From positions 6,053,008-6,117,007 of the forward strand of contig NW_003526941.1 in assembly GCF_000181795.1 (NCBI RefSeq): DNA of 64,000 bases, written 5' to 3'. Position 1 is the stretch's first letter. Each line of letters begins with the position of its first letter. A program made the translations under genes and the position numbers. Shown here in pieces: positions 42,201-55,122 of the stretch. The notes beneath the pieces were generated by a model that made no database searches, was not told the DNA's origin, and saw nothing but the letters and a program-made list of their open reading frames with translations. The stretch comes from Trichinella spiralis. Its lineage: Eukaryota.

Positions 42201-44642
42201 TCCGGTACAATTGGAGTAACTTTAGCGGATGGAATTCCAGTTACTAGCGGTGTCATTGGACCGTTCACTTTCACATCTTTCAAAAAACGAAGCAATTTTT
42301 GTGCACGATTCTGCGATGGCGTAAATTTAAATAAATCTGGATTTTCGTCTATAAAACACGTGTCGACTAAGCCGTCCAAAAAGCGCTGGTTATTCAACAC
42401 GTTCAACAGAAACGGGATATTGGTCTTCACTCCACGAATGCGAAACTCTTTCAGAGCGCGCATCATTTTGTTCACAGTGGTCTTGTAATTTCGAGAATGG
42501 GCAATCACTTTGACCAGCAGTGAATCATAATACGGACTAATCAACGCACCAGCATACGCGGATGCGCTGTCTATGCGAATGCCCATTCCTTCTCCACTAC
42601 GAAATACCTGAATTTTTCAAATTATTTATTACATGCCACAAAGATTGGTTGAAATTCAAAGCAAATAAATACTTCGATACGTCCTGAATCAGGGCAAAAA
42701 TCCATGCTTGGATCTTCAGCAGTTATACGACATTGCAAAGCTGAACCAATAGGCGTCACCAAATCTTGACACAAGTGAAGCTCTTCCAGTGATTTGCCTT
42801 CGGCAATTCTCACCTGAGCTTGGACCAAATCCACTCTGAAAAGTTGTAACACATTCACTTTTCAAAAAATCAATACAACATCAAATACCCGGTAATGTCT
42901 TCTGTTACAGTATGCTCCACTTGAAGCCTGGCGTTCACTTCGATGAAATAATGCCTTCCATCTTGATCAAGCAAAAATTCTACCGTACCAGCGTTTTCGT
43001 ATTTCACGTGGCGAGCCAAACGAACCGCGTCGTCCAACATCAGTTGTCTTTTCTGCGGATCCAAATTTGGTGCCGGTGCTATTTCTATTATTTTCTGGTG
43101 TCGACGTTGTACACTACAGTCACGTTCGTAAAGGTGCACAATATTGCCATACATATCACCTAAACAAAAAAAAGAAACGTCAAAAAAATACACATCATCT
43201 TGCTTAATGCGTACCTAAAATTTGAACTTCAATATGACGCGGCCTTTCGATAAATTTCTCAACAAACATTAATCCATTTCCAAATGCAGCAAGAGCTTCA
43301 GAAGTAGCCCTATTGAAAGCTTCTTGTACTTGCTAAAATGAACAATGTAAAATTGCTTTGCTTTGCGTTTTCAATCAATGATTATATACACATACATCAA
43401 GCTTATCGACACGTCTCATTCCTCGGCCACCACCACCATAAGCTGCTTTGAATATAACAGGAAAACCGTACTGTTTGCCAAATTCAGCCGCTTCTTCGGC
43501 ATTTTCAATTGGATTCTCAATACCAGGAACCACAGAAACTCCTACGGTAAAACATCACAACAACAACATAATATATAACAATAGCTCTACCAGCTTCAGC
43601 AGCAGCGACCCTGGCAGATATTTTGTCACCCATTCGAAGCATGACTTCTGGTGAAGGGCCAATGAAAGTAATACTGGCATCATGACAAGCTTGAGCAAAG
43701 TCAGCCCTTTCTGACAAGAATCCATAACCAGGATGAATGGCATCAACGTCATGCGTCTAAGTAAACATAAAATCAAATTAAATTGACTTAAAATATCTCA
43801 GAATATCAAAATACTGAACTTTCGTTATCTCAAGAAACAATAATTTCTTCTAGAGAGCATGTAATTCAGAAGAAATTTATTTTGTTTTCAAAGTTATTTC
43901 TTTTGATCTTGCATATCTTTTACAGTAATTAATAAGCAAGTCTACAATTGTCAAGTGGTAGATATTTTATCTGTAATTGAAATGATGCTGTTAAATTCAT
44001 GCAAATTATGCACCATAAAGTCATAATATCAAATAACAACATGCTTGACATAGCATTCTCAAGGGAAAGTTTTCAACTCGCTCTTGGTTACATCTACTCT
44101 AAATAATATTATACAAAGTGTACAAGAAAAAAACTTGACTACTAAAATTATAAATTTGAAATTAAAAATTAAGAAATAAAAATTGAACAAAAGCAAACAG
44201 ACAAACATACTTTAGCCAGTTTGATGATTTCGTGAATGTTGAGATAAGCCGATACGGCGGTCATTCCTCTACCAACTAAATAAGCTTCGTCTGCTTTCAG
44301 ACGATGCATCTGATTGACATCCTGTTCTGAATAAATGCCAACAGAGCGGATCTGCAGTTCATTCAAGGCGCGCAATATACGAATAGCAATTTCACCTGAA
44401 AAGAGAGTTATACAATAAATATACGGAATATTAATTATTTTTGACAAAATGAAAATGAGAAATAAAAAAAATGAAAAGGAAAACATAACTCGATTGGCGA
44501 CTAAAACTTTTTTAAACTGCTTCCTCTCGACGGGTGATTTGGATTTGGTGCATAGTTGACGGCAAAAATTATCCACCGCAATTAGCAGTGGATTTTGAAC
44601 GCAGCATTTCACTGCTGACAAATGTTTTTTTCCAAATAGCAT
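39270..44642 (-). CDS. PC: Pyruvate carboxylase, mitochondrial, 18 exons
   Basis: Biotin carboxylase ([45 protein letters not shown]), carboxyltransferase ([39 protein letters not shown]) and biotinyl AMKM motifs; N-terminal extension resembles a transit peptide. Confidence 0.97.
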
Positions 44643-45968
44643 ATTCGTACTGAAATTATCATAACCAAAAATAAGAAAAAACATCAAATCATTATCAATC
44701 ATAATTGAACAACAATGGCAAATCAACTGAAAGTTTCCAAACATCTCATTACCGTTATAATTGAATTTGATTTATTAACTTGAAATGAGAAATTATTTCA
44801 ATTGTTGAAATGAAACAAAAAGTAATAAAAATGTGAAATTGAAAACTATGGAAGTTTTAAATTATAAAGCACTATTTCAAAGCGAAATTTGCAAGATTGA
44901 ATGTAAAATTATCGTTACCAGTTGTAGTAAAATATTCCAAAGCTGTCAACAACCAATTTTCTAAAAAATATTTAAAATAACTATAAATATTGGAAAAAAT
45001 ATAATATCAAATGCTACACCGCATCGACAAAGTTAGTGGTAAAACTAGTGATCTTTAGGTTTTACATTTGTATTGAATAAAAAGTTGATAAAAATCATTA
45101 ATTAATGCAGTTGCGTTTGAAATTTCAAAAATATTTCAGAGTTTATTTGAGTTTATTTACATCAGACGACAATAATTGCGGACAATATTGCACATATTTA
45201 AAAAATGAAAAACTGTACAAAACAGGTACAGTATAGGATGTGCTTTTTTGTCAATTTCAATGCACATCTAAATGATCAAAGGTTCCTATTGGAAAACCAT
45301 TTTATCATCTTCTATTGACGAAGAATTTATCATCTATTCACTGATCAATGATTTACTAGTTTAATATTTTTGTTGAAATTTTCAAAAAAAGCACTTATTA
45401 AGGCTAGTTGATAATAATTTTATGTTTAATTTATGCAGGATGATTTTGTTGAAGTTATCTTTGATACTTGTTGAATTGTATAATTTAGAAAAAAAATTGT
45501 TAATTTTTAGATGAATAGATTTCAATAGAAATTAAAAATGTTGAAAAAGACGATGAATGTTTTGATAGAGATTTTCCCGCCAAATTGATCAACCAACGGT
45601 TACTGTAATTGAAAAAAATTTTTGAATTGTTTGAATTGAATGATGATAATTTGTTGGATAGATAATTGCTAATCGAAAAATGTGCTACATGTTACGGTAT
45701 GTAACAGATATGATTGTGTGGAAAATGTGATTCTGTGGCTTGCAAGTGGGTGCTCGTCAGTGTGGATAGTAATAGTTGAGGTGAACGTTGGTTCGAAAAG
45801 GTCAGTGTGGAAGGATTTGTGATGTCAGCGGTGAAAATGAGGTACGTTGATCGTGGGAAAGCGTCAGCTTTTCCTTTGATTTCGATTGCGCAAAGCTGGA
45901 ACCGGTCTACAAGTTATGATGATGATGATCGGATGCTTGTGAATTGTTGGTTGGAAAAATGAAAAGCC

Positions 45969-46222
45969 GGGTCAAGTCAGGTCAGCGCAACTGACCACTG
46001 GCCGAGCCGGGAAAAGCAAACTGAGGTGGCCATACTATTACTACTGCTGCTGCTGCTATTGCTGTTGCTACCACCACCGCCACAAGTAATAATAATCAGA
46101 TTTTTCCATAGGTCAACTTCAGGCCAAGCCTGCTCTGAGCAGCTGGCCATCGGTCAGTGAGGTCAGCGCATTTATTGTCCAACGGCGCATCGCATCGTGG
46201 GCCAGCTAAGGTCAAGGGTTCA
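45969..46222 (+). promoter_or_regulatory. Cluster of nuclear-receptor direct-repeat elements
   Basis: GGGTCA-n4-AGGTCA 45969-45984; AGGTCA-n5-AGGCCA 46110-46126; CGGTCA-n3-AGGTCA 46151-46165; AGGTCA-n2-GGTTCA 46209-46222. Confidence 0.55.
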
Positions 46223-46313
46223 GTTCGGGCCACACGCCCGGCTTATGTGTATATTTGCAGTTTGCAGTTTGCTCGCTTGGTTGAAACTGAGTCGTTGGAG
46301 AAAGAAAAAAAAA

Positions 46314-46584
46314 TATATATATATAAATTGTTGCCCCGTTTCCAAGATTGGAACATCTGTTGCAAAGCCACCAAAAGCCCCGGCTGTTGCGCTTCAACGC
46401 TTGTTGCTTTTTCTCCAAAAAGCCACCTCTCATCCGGAGCGTTTTCATCCTCGTTGACCACTGGTCATCCGAACGCATCTACTAGCCGACAATTGCAAAC
46501 GTGAAAACTTCCATCTCTTCCCATCTGTCAACAACAATAAGACGTTGTCTCTCATCCTCGTCTTTTTCACCAACTAATTCTGAG
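46314..46584 (+). promoter_or_regulatory. Putative TATA-like tract and non-coding first exon of the bZIP gene
   Basis: (AT)n-TATAAAT at about 46314-46328, a relatively GC-rich segment, then a strong donor GAG|GTAAGC at 46585; TTTTCAG acceptor at about 50341 before the ATG. Confidence 0.4.
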
Positions 46585-47709
46585 GTAAGCAATTATATAT
46601 TATTGTTCTTTGGTTTTTTTTTCTTGATTTTATTTTTTTTTGATAAATTTGGTTTTTTTATAAACATGGGAAAAGAGATTTTTCGAAAGATTCATTTTGG
46701 TGTGTGTGTGATAGAGAGGCAGAGAGAGATAGGGATAGATGTGATAAATAAGCTAATCACATTCAACAGGTTGTTATGTATTATTAACGCTAATCAAAAG
46801 ATTGATTTAATCAAAACAACAACAACAACAGCATATTGCAAGAAGCTAAAAGATTGTGAATAGGGAAAACAGATTTTTATTTCTGCTGTTGAATAAATCG
46901 GATATACGTTTTATACACAACTGTGAATCTACTGTGAACAGTTTTATTTGAAGAAGAAGTGGATAGTTGTTTGAAAAAAATATTGATAATTATCATTTTT
47001 TTCAAAGAAATGAATTTTCGGTTCGCATAATGATTTTTATTATTTGCATCATTTTCTTCGATTGGTTATGAAGGAAAAAAAATCAAACGAAAGAATGAAG
47101 AAGAGAAGTGAGCTAGTTGATTTTAATTTCTTTCTTTTTTTTAATGTTCGACTTGTTGGCAGTTTTATTTCTTCCTCTTCTATTATTTTTTTTTCTTTGC
47201 TTAGTTGATGCTTGTAAAATATGATACTTTTTCGCGCTAAAAGGAAGTGAAATTAGGCTTCTTTCCCACAATCCGAATTGTTTCATTTGTTGCATAAGTG
47301 GCAGTGGAAAATTCAAATTTTGCATTTGCTCGGGGATGAATCGTTTTACAACTTTTGTGTCGTGTCGAAATCCCATTTGTCTTGTTCGTCTGGAGCGTTT
47401 TCGGCTTTTGGCAATTCCACAAAGCAACAGTTGCCTGGCCCAACACGACCCGACGTTGACCTCAGAGAATTTCCCTGCTGGCACCGATCCAACTCTTTTC
47501 GACGAGCTCAATAATTTCGACGATGAAAAAAGAAAAACTGACTGACTTTTTTTGTTTTTTTGGTGTTAAATTTTTTTTCGAACAAAAATTCAATCCTACT
47601 GTAGACATGACGAGTGTATTAATTTTTTGTTTTCGATGAAGTTTGTCCTTGTTTTACTTTTCTGTATGTAATCCGGTTTTTTTTCTTCAGTTGAGGGAAA
47701 GAAGTAGTG

Positions 47710-47742
<33 letters not shown>

Positions 47743-49868
47743 AAAAAAACAATTTGTTTCATTTACAGATTTGTAATTTGAAAGTAGGTCAGTTTGTGTA
47801 AGAATGATGAAATGCAAATTGTTGGACCTTGTTTCAATGGTGATAATTTTCGATGGGTTTGAAAAGTAGTGTGAAAGCTGGATGCATGCAAAGAGCCAGA
47901 CAGACAGACAGACGAAGCTAGTTAGCTTGATGTATATATTTGATGGCGAGTTTTCATTTTCATGCCTCAGGTCGTTTAATGTGTCGAAATTTTTTTTTAT
48001 TGGGACGTTCACATCATTGCGTAATTGATGAATAAAAAAAAGAGCAAAGATAAGAAAGAAAGAAAGAGAATTATTCGAAAATGGGAAAATGCGAAACCAG
48101 TTGTGCTTAATAGAAGCAGAACAAGCAGAATTGAAAAGAGAAATTTGAAATTAATGTGTCACCAAGTGATGATGCTTTTGATAAATATGGTGAATAAAAT
48201 GGAAAGTTGGGAAAATTTAAATTTAAAAAAAAAGAAAAGGTAAAAAAAAATCAACTTTCAAGAAATGAAGATTTTCGCCAATTTGAGCCGGCTGGTTTGA
48301 TTGACAACAATTACGACACGACGGTGCAATTCGATTACGTACATGTAGAGCGTGCAGTGGACACGGTGGGTGAACTGTAGCGTGGAGGAAAAATGACAAT
48401 TTGCCAGAAACACGACAAAAGCGTGTTTCGCCAACAGCCAGAGTGGTGATATTTGAGTTGAAAAAAAAATTTAAATTTTTTTCTCTTCTAATGACCAATC
48501 AGATGAATAAGAATTGAAGATGTGTGAAATTTGCATTGACAGTTAGTTTTACGGACAAAACAAAAAAGGAATCGATGTTCGTGACGTGATGAGGTGATTT
48601 TTCTTGTTCTTCTTCTTTCGTAGAGTTATTTTTAGTTTGTTGATAATTTTCTGGCGGCCTATTTTGTCAATCATTTGTGATTATTAATTTTGTCATATTA
48701 CAAAAATATTACTACTTATTACTGGCCTGAGGGGGAAGGGGTAAAAAGTTTGAAGCTGTAAAGTTGTGTGTTGTTCAATTGTGTTCAATTATGCAAAGTT
48801 TTTGTTTCCCCCAACAGATGTGATAAATTTGCATTTTTTGTGAAAAGCTTTTGAAAATCTCAGGGTCGTGTCCGGTCATGGTTGGTTGAAATGAAAAAAT
48901 CTGCCAACACTTTTACCGGCTCGATGCATGCATGCATTGGTCAAAGTGAAAAGCGGACCAAGGCCGCTAATTTTCTTTCTAGAAGGCGCTATGCGATCGA
49001 CCGATCATCATTCTCTTCTTCTTCAAGAAAGCAAAAAATATTCACTTTGGCTTACTTTGTCGTTTATAATATGACACAATTATTATTATTATTATTACAA
49101 TTTTCACGTTGATTCCGATTTTTCATAATTCAACCATCCATCCGTCCATCCATCCATTCATCTTCCAAAATGCTTGTGTGCACGTGGTGTGACAGATGAA
49201 TTTTTCATTTCTCTTTCAAATTCTTAAAATATAATAATATCACATTGCCCAGAACAAAACGATCAACTTGAAATTAATCAAACGAACGCCTGTGTAAAAT
49301 AGATAAAATCGATTCTTTGAACTGGTGATTCATTTCACTTCGGGCTATATTACGTTTTATATCTATCATGTATAATTTGTTCGTTGGAATATATGAATTG
49401 CGTGAATGGAATTGAAAGCTTTTTTTTCAACAACAACAACAATAGCAATTTTTTGTAAACTTTAAATATTTGTTTTATATTTTATTGCAAAATTTATTTC
49501 GTCGGTTGGTTGGTTAGGGTTTTTTTTTGAAAATTACAGTATGCCCTGGTTATGCAACGCCGGTCGCAGCTGTCGGTTTTATTATTCGTTCATTTTGGCC
49601 TTGTTGAATTTGACATTTCTGTTATAATTGCAAAATATGCTACATGCGCGCAACAGTGGCGCAAGGCAACAGAAATTTGGGTAAAAAATTTTCGCTTCTT
49701 CTTCTTCTTTTTTTATCTCTCAACACAAAACTGCGCACGCCCCAGGGTTAAGCTGTCGTCTCATCTTTTCCCTCTCGGAGGAAAGAAATAAAAAATCTGC
49801 CGTTGTTGCCAGAATTTTTGAAACTAGTCAAATTGATTTCCAACTTTTTTTTTATTCCCATTTACTGT

Positions 49869-49899
<31 letters not shown>

Positions 49900-50421
49900 A
49901 TCATTGTTTATTTTGGCAAAAAAACGAAACGAAATGAAACAAAAAAAAATGTTTTCCGCCTTCGGCATGTGTGATTGATGATGATCGATCAATTAATGCT
50001 TCTTTGTGTGTTAGTTTTTGTTTGCTTTGAGATGAAAAAAAAATTCAAAATTTGTCACAAAACGTAGTGATAGATGGATAGAAAATGATTGTTTTATGTA
50101 AATTTGTATATTTTGTCACTTGGGCAAGCGTGAGAGAGGGAGAGGGAGAGGGAGGGGGAGAGAATTTCACCAACAGAGAGAGGTAGAGAGGTTGGTTCGC
50201 ATTACCAGTACCAAGCTCCATCGCCAGTATTGGGCAAGCAAGCAGGTAAGTAGAGGAGAGTTTGGCCGGTTGGGGCGGATGTGAATTAGGGTGCGCGACA
50301 CAGTTGTGGGACCGGTTACAAGCAGGTCACCCAATTTTCAGGGCCAGACCGCACCGAGCGTGAAATCGCCGCCGCCGCCGCCGCCGCCGCTGTAGCCATA
50401 GCCGCTGACCGTTTGTCGTCG

Positions 50422-53371
50422 ATGGCAGAAGTTCCAGCAGCCGATGGCGAAACATCCCCTGCTAATGATGCTGCTGGTGTTGTCGGTGGAAAGCTAGAAG
50501 AAAATCACAAGTCGGACACAAGTGGAAAAATAGGCGAAGAAGAAAAGCCGAACGATAAATTATCCAAAGGAAATTTCCTCCAATCCGATTCAACCAATAC
50601 CAGCAACGGCACGTCAGCGAAAGTGACACCAGCAATTGCTATTGGTTTAACTTCAATTTCAGCGCCACTGCATCATCATCGTCAGTCCAATAGTACTAGT
50701 AGTAGCAGCAGCACCAACAACAACACCAACATGACCTCATGTCAAGATAATCTCATCTCTCCACATCCTCATGATTCAGGAAGTAACATTACATATTTAA
50801 TAATCATATATATATATATATATACGTATTTTCTTATCATCATCCTTGTTGTTGTTGTTGTTGTATTTCAGTTGCTGCCGATTTGGATGATACAACTCAA
50901 TCAGTTACACCGTTGAATTTAACTACGAAAAAAAGGCGTCGTATTGACAATTTGGATGGATTAAGAGCCGCATTTGCCAACAGATCACAACAAATCATGG
51001 AAAACAACGGTAAAATCAACCACGCCAATAATAATCATTTACCCCTTGCCAGGCTTCAACAACAGCAGCAACAGTTGTTGTTGAACGGTTCGAAATCGGC
51101 TTTCGAAGCCGTCTCTACAGCCGCCTTATTTTCCCAAGATGTGAATATGCCAAGCGCCCTTTCGGCAGCTCTGACCAGTACAACGGCATCACCCCTTTTG
51201 CTCAACCGTCTTCTGCCGTTTACCTTTTTGCCCAACGGTGGCAGCTTTACCAACAATGGCAACAATGGCCAAACTTTACCATCCCAATCTGCTGCTACTC
51301 TACACCCGCCGTTCAATATCCACGATCTCCTGCTCGGCGGATATTTCACTGCCATGCCCACCACTACAACCACTGGCAAACAGCAACGCCCATTCAAAGC
51401 CTACAATCCAATGGATCCAATGTCCGCATTGCAGGTAATTTAATTCAGTTCAATTCAATTTATTTTATCTTAATCAGTATAATAATTTTGTCGACCAATT
51501 TCAATAATTAACACATAACAAAAACTTTTCCACTACTACTACTACTACTACTACTAACTACCATTACTACTCCCTTTCTAAATCCGGAATTGGAAAATGG
51601 CTTCTCTACTCTCTATACTTTTACTTCTCAACTAGAGCGCGCAGCTTTTCAAAAGTCTAGTTGGTAAAATTGTACAACAACAACAACTACTATTACACGT
51701 GGTGCATGTGCATGCGCGTAAATTTTCTCTTTCTCTTTATTTTATTATTATTTTGTAACTTAATTAATTCATTTTCATATGCATGAATCTTTAATTCAAT
51801 TGCCTAACAATAAGAAGTATTGTTTGTGACGAGGAAGTTGAATAGAGTATTTTTTTTCGAAAAAATCCTTTTTTTTTCTTCTTAATTTTTAATTATTTAA
51901 TAATAATCTATTTATTTGTAATATAAATATGAAATAGTAGCTAAATTTGAATTTGTTTTCAGTTCGTTAGTTTGTTTCCATTTTTAATATTATTACATTT
52001 TTTCATTGTTGCTGAATTAACAATAGCTGCGTTGTGCAATCGCATGATTTCACATGACCATTGTTAGTATATTTATAATAATAGATGATCAGTTGTAGGT
52101 TTGGAAATTATTTTTATTTGTTGTGCAATAATTGTTTCCATATTAATTGATTAATTTAGCGTAGGTATTTAAAAAAAAACGAGTTTGAAAAAAGCAGTTT
52201 CCAAAGTTGTTGAATAGAGAGAAACAACGATTGTGGGATAATAATATAATTTCAGATAAATGGATTGAATTTCACGAACGTGAATGGCAATGGTGCAGCT
52301 CTGTTGGGTAATATGCCGGTTGGTAGTGTAAGCACTGCACAATTTTTGAGCGAGCATGTGCTCCATCCGTACAGGCAATACTTGCAGCAGCATCAGCAGC
52401 AGCTGAAAACTCTGCTCGGCGTGGGAACGGGTCGTGGCGCCTCGGGAGCCAGTCAACAAGCACCGGTCGTGCGAACCAAAAGCACAGAAGTCACCAGTAC
52501 CCCAACTCCGACGCCGGAAGTGAACGGACGTTGCGCTTCACGTGCTTCATCTTTGCCGTTGCAGTTGGCCGGAGAGATCGCTTCTCTTTTGAATGCGGAC
52601 AATCGTGGCAACAGCCATTCCACCAGCGGTGCCCCACTGCTGCCACCATCACCTCCAGAAGTTACCTCCACTTCACATCCGCATACTGATCTACAACAGC
52701 AGCATCCGAATTTACCGCATGCGAGTGATCAACAACAACAACAACAAGATAACAAATCACAACAACAGCAAAAAGCATCAAAGCAACAAAGACAACAAAA
52801 ACGAGATAACACCAGTAACAACAAAGCAGGGCGTCCAGATCAGCAACAACAACAACAACCTGGTGGACGACCAGCATCATCTTCATCCACTGGTTCAAGC
52901 AATAATGGACGTTCGTCGAGTTCAGTTGCTGCGAATGATTCGACCAGTCCAGCAATATCCGACGAGCAACAACAACAACAACAACAGCAGCAGCAACACC
53001 AACAGCAACAGCAACAACAAGATTCGAATAATGCTGCTGCAACTGTTGGAACCATGCCAACATCCAGGACGGTACAGCTGAATGGCAATTGTAACAACAA
53101 CAACAACAACACCAACACCAGCAGTGGTGGAGTGGGTCCAAAGCGCAAGGGTCGATTGCAAACGGAACCGCTGAAAGATGAAGCTTATTGGGAACGTCGT
53201 CGAAAGAACAACGAAGCCGCGAAAAGATCCCGAGATGCGCGCAGAGCTAAAGAGGACGAAATTGCCGTCAGGGCAGCACTGCTGGAACAGGAAAATATGC
53301 GTCTGCGGATTGAAGTTGCCGCTTTGAAAGCTGAAACGGAAAAGTTGCGTCAAATGCTGTTGACTGGCTAA
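50422..53371 (+). CDS. PAR-family bZIP transcription factor, giant-like, 3 coding exons
   Basis: b[47 protein letters not shown]; upstream RPFKAY and PLNLT motifs; polyQ/N tracts; exons 50422-50781, 50871-51434 and 52257-53371 join in frame. Confidence 0.9.
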
Positions 53372-54445
53372 AATTAGAAAACATCGGAAAGAATTTCCAC
53401 TTCTTGTTTATGCAAATTTTCCCATTATGATGATAACAACTGCGATTTGAAGGTTCTTTTCTCTTTTATGTGTGTCTGTGTGTGTGCACTTTGAATTTAG
53501 TTGAGAAGCCATGTTGTTTATCTTGATCTTAATTATTCACTCTTTCTCTTTGCACAGTGATCCAATTTTATCCTTCACATATATATATATAGTTGCTTTT
53601 TCCATTTATGAATAATAATTATATATCTTTGAACTTTTTATCCAAACAATTATTATTGTTTAGTGTTGTTTTCAACTTCTCTATACATCCATACATATAT
53701 GTAATAATATTCGTTTCTGTTCTGTTGTTAGCCATATATAGTCATTCTTTTACATAAGGATTTTATTTTTGAAGCGGGTTCACTGCTGCTGTTTCCAAAA
53801 CGAATAAAACGAGTGTTTTTCTTTTCTACTTTTTGAATTTTATCGTTTCCTGATCTTTTTTATTGAATGTTGAAATAAATTTAAATTGAAAAGTAAAATC
53901 AACATATTCAAATATTTTTTCAAATGAGCAACACATAATAAAAAATACATGCAGAGAGAAAGAGAGAGCAGGTGCGGGTATGGAAGGCAAAAGCTAATCG
54001 ACCGTTTGTGCAAGATCAGATTTTCAAAACGACCATCTGCAATGATGATCGGTCAGCAGAAGGCTCATTTCCTTGTTGCTCGTTAATTCGTCATCGGGGA
54101 GTGGAGCGAAAATCGATCAATATTGGCTTCAATTAAAAGCAATGAAAACGAAAATTATAATCCAATAAAAAGGACAATTTCAGCAAAAAAGCAACAGATA
54201 ACGTGGACAGTATGTTTGTATAAAAATATCTCCACATTCAATCAATACAGCAGATAGATAGATGTGAATAAATATTTTTATTTTCTAACAAATTGAAACA
54301 TGTAGGTTAAAAACACGTTGTTTGCATACTGTAGTGTATGAATGAGGAAGAAATGAAAAACTGTAAAAAAATGGGGAAACGGATTTCATCGGGGTTTTTA
54401 TTTTCTTTGGTGAAGTTCAAAATTTTATTTTTTATGTTTTTTTTG

Positions 54446-54902
54446 TCATATTTGTTTGATATCACTTGCTAAAGGAAAAGCACCTGCTGCTGCTTGAACT
54501 GGATCCGCTTCACACAACGGCCACATGGTGCGGAAAAAGAAGCAACAAGCATGCGGAATTGAATATTCACCAACCATCGTAACGCATCCTGCTATCATAA
54601 AAACTGCAATCACTGGGGCTGCACCCGTTTTTGCAGTTGGTGTGCTAAAATTTAAAAAAAAACTTGCGAACCCAATAAATTAAAAAAAAAGCTTCCAATC
54701 TCATTATCGTATTTTATTTTATAAACGAGCGGAAAAATTACCCTTGGCAAGCTTAAAGAATCGTAAAAAATTTCAACAGATGAAGAAACAAATAAAAGAG
54801 CAAAATCATCCAAATGAAAAATTACTTCCAATACCAAAAGATACTGACTAGGAAATTATTCGTTACAAGCAAGATAATAAAATACAACGCAACATTTTTC
54901 AT
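54446..54902 (-). CDS. Putative 88-aa secreted peptide with a 10-nt micro-exon; absent from the ORF track
   Basis: MKNVALYFIILLVTNNFLV-A|gtatct, micro-exon 54742-54751 (taag|CTTGCCAAGG|gtaatt), then ttttag and an open frame TPTAKTGAAPVIAVFMIAGCVTM..HACCFFFRTMWPLCEAD..*. Confidence 0.5.
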
Positions 54903-55122
54903 TTTTATATTCATTTATTTCAAAATTTTTTAATTTATACAACTCTAATGATTTAATTAAACTATGAAATGCGCATTTGTAAAGCTGTCTGTCATCTAAA
55001 TATCACTCGGTGAACATGAAATCAAACAACTGCTTATTCATTATAGTGCTTTATTCATTTATTAATTATAGTGCTTTATTCATTTATTCATTATAGGACA
55101 ATCGTAATGTTTCAGCAATTGT

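Noticed and set aside
46157..49791. Short ORFs in the bZIP upstream region
   Set aside because: Low-complexity, no recognisable domains; consistent with promoter and intron sequence.
48000..50101. TTAYGYAA-type PAR-bZIP autoregulatory sites upstream of the bZIP CDS (e.g. 49550, 50094)
   Set aside because: AT-rich 8-mers are expected by chance here; enrichment cannot be shown by eye.
52593..53353. Poly-Cys, poly-Val and poly-Asn ORFs overlapping the bZIP exon
   Set aside because: Alternative-frame readings of CAA/CAG/AAC repeats that encode the polyQ/N tracts.
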